A DNA stretch of 37,127 bases from assembly GCA_049275795.1 (NCBI GenBank), contig JBASVF010000098.1:1-37127 (forward strand), in the 5' to 3' direction. Numbering within the stretch: the first letter of the stretch is position 1; every line of letters starts with the position of its first letter. The notes under the pieces were generated by a model. That model was not told the origin of the DNA, ran no database searches, and saw only the letters and a program-made list of their open reading frames with translations. The DNA is from Desulfomonilia bacterium (GTDB taxonomy: Bacteria > Desulfobacterota > Desulfomonilia > UBA1062). Of the stretch, positions 33,726-37,127 are shown piece after piece. The translations under genes were made by a program, and so were the position numbers.

Positions 33726-34343
33726 ATGAAAAAGAATCTGCTGGCAACGATAGTGTTTTTCCTGGTCCTCGGGCTCTCGGCCACGGCGGGCGCAGCCACC
33801 ATCACGATCGACAACCTCAACAGCTGGACGCAGGTGAAATTCAGCCTCGGCAACACCATCTATAATGTCTACGCTGGAGAGTTCCAGATCACCATCGACG
33901 GTGTTCAGACCGCCGGCTACTGCGTCGACCTGTTCAGTGAAACCTACATCGGCACAGGGTTCACCGACGTAACCTTCAACCCCGTGAGCTACATCAATAA
34001 CGGCGCACAGGCGGCATGGCTGATGGACAGGTACAGCGGCAGGTCGGCCATCGAAAACGCTGCCCTGCAGCTGGCGATCTGGAGTGTGGAATACAGCGAC
34101 GGCCGGTTCACCTACCTCGGGAGCACGGCAAAAGGCACGGTCGGCTGGTACCTCAATCAATACCTCTCAGACCTGGGAGAGAACTTCTACACCGGGTATG
34201 ACTACCAGATTGCGATGCTCTCACCCTACGCGCAGAACCTCCTGGTAAAGAACCCGGCCCCGGTGCCCGAGCCCGCCACCCTGCTGCTCCTGGGTTCAGG
34301 GCTGGTCGGCCTTGCCGGATTCAGGGCGAGGAAGAGCCGCTAG
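33726..34343 (+). CDS. PEP-CTERM sorting-domain surface protein with a thioester-domain-like Cys/QxAIW motif pair
   Basis: The signal peptide is MKKNLLATIVFFLVLGLSATAGA. The C-terminus PVPEPATLLLLGSGLVGLAGFRARKSR has the PEP motif, a TM helix and a basic tail. Internal motifs are GYCVDLF (Cys66) and ALQLAIW (Gln115). Confidence 0.9.
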   Translation: MKKNLLATIVFFLVLGLSATAGAATITIDNLNSWTQVKFSLGNTIYNVYAGEFQITIDGVQTAGYCVDLFSETYIGTGFTDVTFNPVSYINNGAQAAWLMDRYSGRSAIENAALQLAIWSVEYSDGRFTYLGSTAKGTVGWYLNQYLSDLGENFYTGYDYQIAMLSPYAQNLLVKNPAPVPEPATLLLLGSGLVGLAGFRARKSR

Positions 34344-34361
34344 CACGAACTTCCTGGAACG

Positions 34362-34397
34362 AAAAAAGGCGGGGTGGCAAGCACCCCGCCTTTTTTT
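34362..34397. terminator. bidirectional rho-independent terminator between convergent genes
   Basis: It reads AAAAAA-GGCGGGGTG-gcaag-CACCCCGCC-TTTTTTT, so a U-tract follows the stem on both strands. It lies 19 nt after the PEP-CTERM gene stop and 23 nt after the GT2 stop. Confidence 0.8.
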
Positions 34398-34419
34398 CAT
34401 GCCCGGACAGCAGGATTGT

Positions 34420-35682
34420 TCAGCCCGACAGCTCCGATACCGCTCGGGGATTCGCCGCACCCGGCCGGTACAAGCCTCCTGGGACCACCTCCGCCTGCCC
34501 CCTTGCCGCTTCCGGTACCGCAAACGGCTCGATCCGCGGCACCCGGTCCTGCCGGGCGGGCAGCCAGGTGGTGTCGGAGTAGCCCGCAAGCAAGCGGACC
34601 CAGGCAACACCCTGGGCCGCAAGGGTGACGAAGAGCGTCCTGCAGAGCACCACAGCCGGGTGTTCAGACCTTCCAGCAACTCCCGAAAGAGCGCCTGCCA
34701 GGAACAGGCTCTGGCACAGGAGCACGGCCTTCGGCAGCAGGCCCTTGCCGCCTGCCAGGGACAGGTTTGCGGCATACATGGCCGCGAAGAAGTAGGGGCA
34801 CATGAACCTCAGCACCTTGTGCGAGACGAGAAAGAACGAGAAGAGCCCATAGCGTAACGGGTTGAGCATCTCCCGGTTGCGGCGGATGGCATTGAGCGTC
34901 CTGGTGGTGATCCTGATCTGCCTGCGGAACTCGTCCTCTGCCGCCCCGGCGGCATCCTCGATGCAGAATACCTCGGGGTCGAGCACCACCCGCAGCTCCT
35001 GCCTGACGATATCGAGCGGGATGACGAAATCGTTGATGTCGTCGTCTTTGAGCTGCCTGTACAGCGATTTCCTGATCGCGAAGATGGCGCCGTCAGCCCC
35101 CACGCAGGAACCGCTCGCGCTCTCCATGAGCTTCAGGGCCTTCTCGAACCGAGCGTAGCTCCCGGCCGGAGCCTCGCCGCCCGACAGGCTGCGGTACCTG
35201 GTCCAGCCGGTCACCAGCCCTACCCCGGGGTCGGCGAAGTTCCTCACGATGCTTCGGATCACGCCGCGGGGCAGGATCGAGTTCGCATCCGTGAACACCA
35301 CGATCTCGCCCTTGGACCTGGGCACGATCCGGTTCAGGCAGGCGGTCTTGCCGATGCGACGCGGAAAGCGGACGAGCTTCACGCGCCTGTCGGATATGCT
35401 CGATACCAGCTCGTCGGTGGCGTCGGTCGAGCCGTCCGAGGCCACCACGACCTTGAGCTTGTTCTGGGGGTAGTCGAGGTCCAGGGTGTTGAGCACCTTC
35501 TCCACGATAACCCCCTCCTCGTTGTACGCGGAGATGACGACCGTTACATGGGGTTCGAAGTCCTTTTGCCGCCACGGCTTACGGTACACCCTGCTCAGGA
35601 CGAACAGGACCGCCGGATATATCACATAGGAGTACAGGAGCAACAACGTGAATGAAAGAGAGGTTCTTCGCATGAGATCCAT
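34420..35682 (-). CDS. family-2 glycosyltransferase (membrane-integrated, polysaccharide synthase-like)
   Basis: Motifs are VTVVISAYNEEGVI, ASDGSTDAT, VFTDANS and the RQIRITTR region. TM helices are present at both ends. I prefer the ATG at 35682, which follows GGAGG; the track TTG start is at 35715. Confidence 0.85.
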   Translation of the reverse strand: MDLMRRTSLSFTLLLLYSYVIYPAVLFVLSRVYRKPWRQKDFEPHVTVVISAYNEEGVIVEKVLNTLDLDYPQNKLKVVVASDGSTDATDELVSSISDRRVKLVRFPRRIGKTACLNRIVPRSKGEIVVFTDANSILPRGVIRSIVRNFADPGVGLVTGWTRYRSLSGGEAPAGSYARFEKALKLMESASGSCVGADGAIFAIRKSLYRQLKDDDINDFVIPLDIVRQELRVVLDPEVFCIEDAAGAAEDEFRRQIRITTRTLNAIRRNREMLNPLRYGLFSFFLVSHKVLRFMCPYFFAAMYAANLSLAGGKGLLPKAVLLCQSLFLAGALSGVAGRSEHPAVVLCRTLFVTLAAQGVAWVRLLAGYSDTTWLPARQDRVPRIEPFAVPEAARGQAEVVPGGLYRPGAANPRAVSELSG

Positions 35683-35803
35683 AACGCCTCCAGGGTTTGG
35701 GTAATCGCCCCCCAAGAGACCACCGCAGGAATCGATTCAACTGAGCATCAGAGATCTTCACCTCATGTTCAGCAGCAAGGAAAAGCAAAGCCGGATGGAC
35801 AAC

Positions 35804-37127
35804 TCATACGGACAGTGGAGCCTTTCGCTTGCCCGGGGCCTGCTCCAAGGCCGCGCTCCTCTCGATATACATCCCGTACCAGGCCTGGAAGATGAGCAGC
35901 GACCAGATCAGGGTGTCGTGGATCTCCCTGCCCGAGTAATGCTCGTCGAGCGCCCGGCGCACCGTCGGGTAGTGCAGCAGGCCGTGCCTGCGAAGGCTCT
36001 TCTCGCTGAGGACCGCCTCGGTGTAGGGCCTCAAGTCCCTTTTGAGCCACTGGGTCATGGGGCCCACGAACCCCTGCTTGCGGTGGTCCAGGACCTCGTG
36101 AGGCAGCAGGCCCCTCACAGCCTTCCGGAACAGGTGCTTCTTGCGGAGCCACTTCATCTTGAGCTCCACAGGGATCCGGGCGCAGAATTCGAAGAGCCGG
36201 TGGTCGAGAAACGGCACCCTCGCCTCCAGCGAATGGTGCATGCTCAGCCGGTCGGTAACGCACAGGATGTCATCCGGCAGGTAGGTCTTGGCGTCGCAGT
36301 AGAACACCCGCTCCATGGCATCAGGCGGGCCTTCGATATCAGGATTGTTGAAGTGGTCGAGGATGAGATGTCTGCAGAGCTCCCGGTAGCGGTCATAGCC
36401 CCTGCCGGCCGTGAACAGCGATTCGCCGATGTTCGGGTTCATGGTAGTGAGGAATCCGTAGTAGGCCATATCCGGGCTCGACGAGGCGAACCGGATGAAG
36501 CGCTTCATGTGGTTTACCGTGTAATGCCCGTCCGAGCGCTCCGGCAGCACATCTACCAGTCTGCGGATGAGCTTTTCCCGGAAAAGGGCCGGCAGGCGCG
36601 TGTACCATCCCCTGAGCAGAAAGCCCACGTAGCGCTCGTAGCCCCCCATGGCCTCGTCCCCACCCAGGCCGGAGAGCGCAACGGCTACGTGTCGCCTGGC
36701 CTGCCTGCAGACGAAGTAGGTGGGTATGGTCGAGTCGTCGGCAAATGGCTCGTCGAAAGAGCTTACGATCTTCTCCACGAGCCCCTCCGGGTCCGGTCGC
36801 ACCTCGTACTCGCAATGGTTCGTGCGGCAGCGCTCGGCCACCATGACCGCGTATCTCCGCTCGTCGAGGTATCCTCCCACCTCGCCCCCGAAGCCGATGG
36901 TGAAGGTATTTACCTTCTCCCTGCTCGTCCTTGCCATCATGGCCACGATCGCGCTCGAGTCGACACCCCCGCTCAGGAACGCACCCAGGGGAACGTCGCT
37001 CACCAGGTGCATGCCCACGGCCTCCTCGAGCAGGCCCAGGAACCCGTCGATGTAGTACCTCTTGGGCCTGCCCCTTTCCGGGTTCACGACGAGGTCCCAG
37101 TACTTGCGCATGCGGACCTCGTCCGCC
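35804..37127 (-). CDS. asparagine synthase (glutamine-hydrolysing)-type amidotransferase, synthetase domain; N-terminus lies beyond the window
   Basis: The PP-loop is LGAFLSGGVDSSAIVAMM, with typical downstream asparagine-synthase blocks. The frame stays open upstream of the M at 37111 to the window edge (ADEVRMRKYW). The N-terminal glutaminase domain is absent from the window. Confidence 0.9.
   Translation of the reverse strand, partial: ADEVRMRKYWDLVVNPERGRPKRYYIDGFLGLLEEAVGMHLVSDVPLGAFLSGGVDSSAIVAMMARTSREKVNTFTIGFGGEVGGYLDERRYAVMVAERCRTNHCEYEVRPDPEGLVEKIVSSFDEPFADDSTIPTYFVCRQARRHVAVALSGLGGDEAMGGYERYVGFLLRGWYTRLPALFREKLIRRLVDVLPERSDGHYTVNHMKRFIRFASSSPDMAYYGFLTTMNPNIGESLFTAGRGYDRYRELCRHLILDHFNNPDIEGPPDAMERVFYCDAKTYLPDDILCVTDRLSMHHSLEARVPFLDHRLFEFCARIPVELKMKWLRKKHLFRKAVRGLLPHEVLDHRKQGFVGPMTQWLKRDLRPYTEAVLSEKSLRRHGLLHYPTVRRALDEHYSGREIHDTLIWSLLIFQAWYGMYIERSAALEQAPGKRKAPLSV

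Noticed and set aside
1-37127. Search for CRISPR arrays, IS elements, integrases, toxin-antitoxin or classic defence genes
   Set aside because: I noticed no spaced direct-repeat array, terminal inverted repeats with a transposase, or nuclease/helicase/methylase-type ORFs. Apart from the intragenic TSP3 duplication, the window reads as ordinary chromosomal metabolic and envelope loci.

Overview
GC-rich (by eye) bacterial chromosomal window with about 30 genes. I found no rRNA, tRNA, CRISPR array, transposase or integrase. The gene content suggests an anaerobic, outer-membrane-bearing Desulfobacterota/Syntrophia-like organism; this is inference only. That content includes a sigma54 enhancer-binding regulator, PEP-CTERM cargo, an EFR1 ferredoxin, an ADP-forming acyl-CoA synthetase and a Mo/W enzyme.

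Blocks from left to right:
(1) 3' part of an acyl-CoA ligase.
(2) A TIGR03546/TIGR03545-like membrane gene pair.
(3) An envelope module: a thrombospondin-type-3 (TSP3) repeat lipoprotein, an outer-membrane beta-barrel, and a vWA-TSP3-OmpA lipoprotein.
(4) azlCD and a divergent SGNH-like gene.
(5) A PAS histidine kinase and an NtrC-type sigma54 activator. Downstream lies a near-consensus sigma54 promoter driving a tightly coupled operon. The operon encodes a FATP-like CoA ligase, an SCPx/Ltp-type thiolase, an ACAD subunit lacking the catalytic Glu and FAD motif, and a catalytic ACAD.
(6) An EFR1 ferredoxin divergent from a TetR gene followed by a cytoplasmic molybdopterin oxidoreductase.
(7) The least explicable block: a molybdenum-storage-protein (MosA/B)-like amino-acid-kinase fold gene, two paralogous 66-70 aa charged proteins, and a stand-alone protein resembling the N-terminal kinase domain of archaeal TiaS.
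(8) An MFS transporter, a GNAT, and a domain-permuted (beta-alpha) NDP-forming acyl-CoA synthetase.
(9) An exopolysaccharide/exosortase-type locus. It holds ugd, a PEP-CTERM protein with a thioester-domain-like Cys...QxAIW motif behind a second sigma54-type promoter, a GT2 glycosyltransferase and a truncated asparagine synthase.

Many long alternative-frame ORFs in the track are GC-driven shadow ORFs and are rejected. All family assignments come from motif recognition and recollection. No searches were run.
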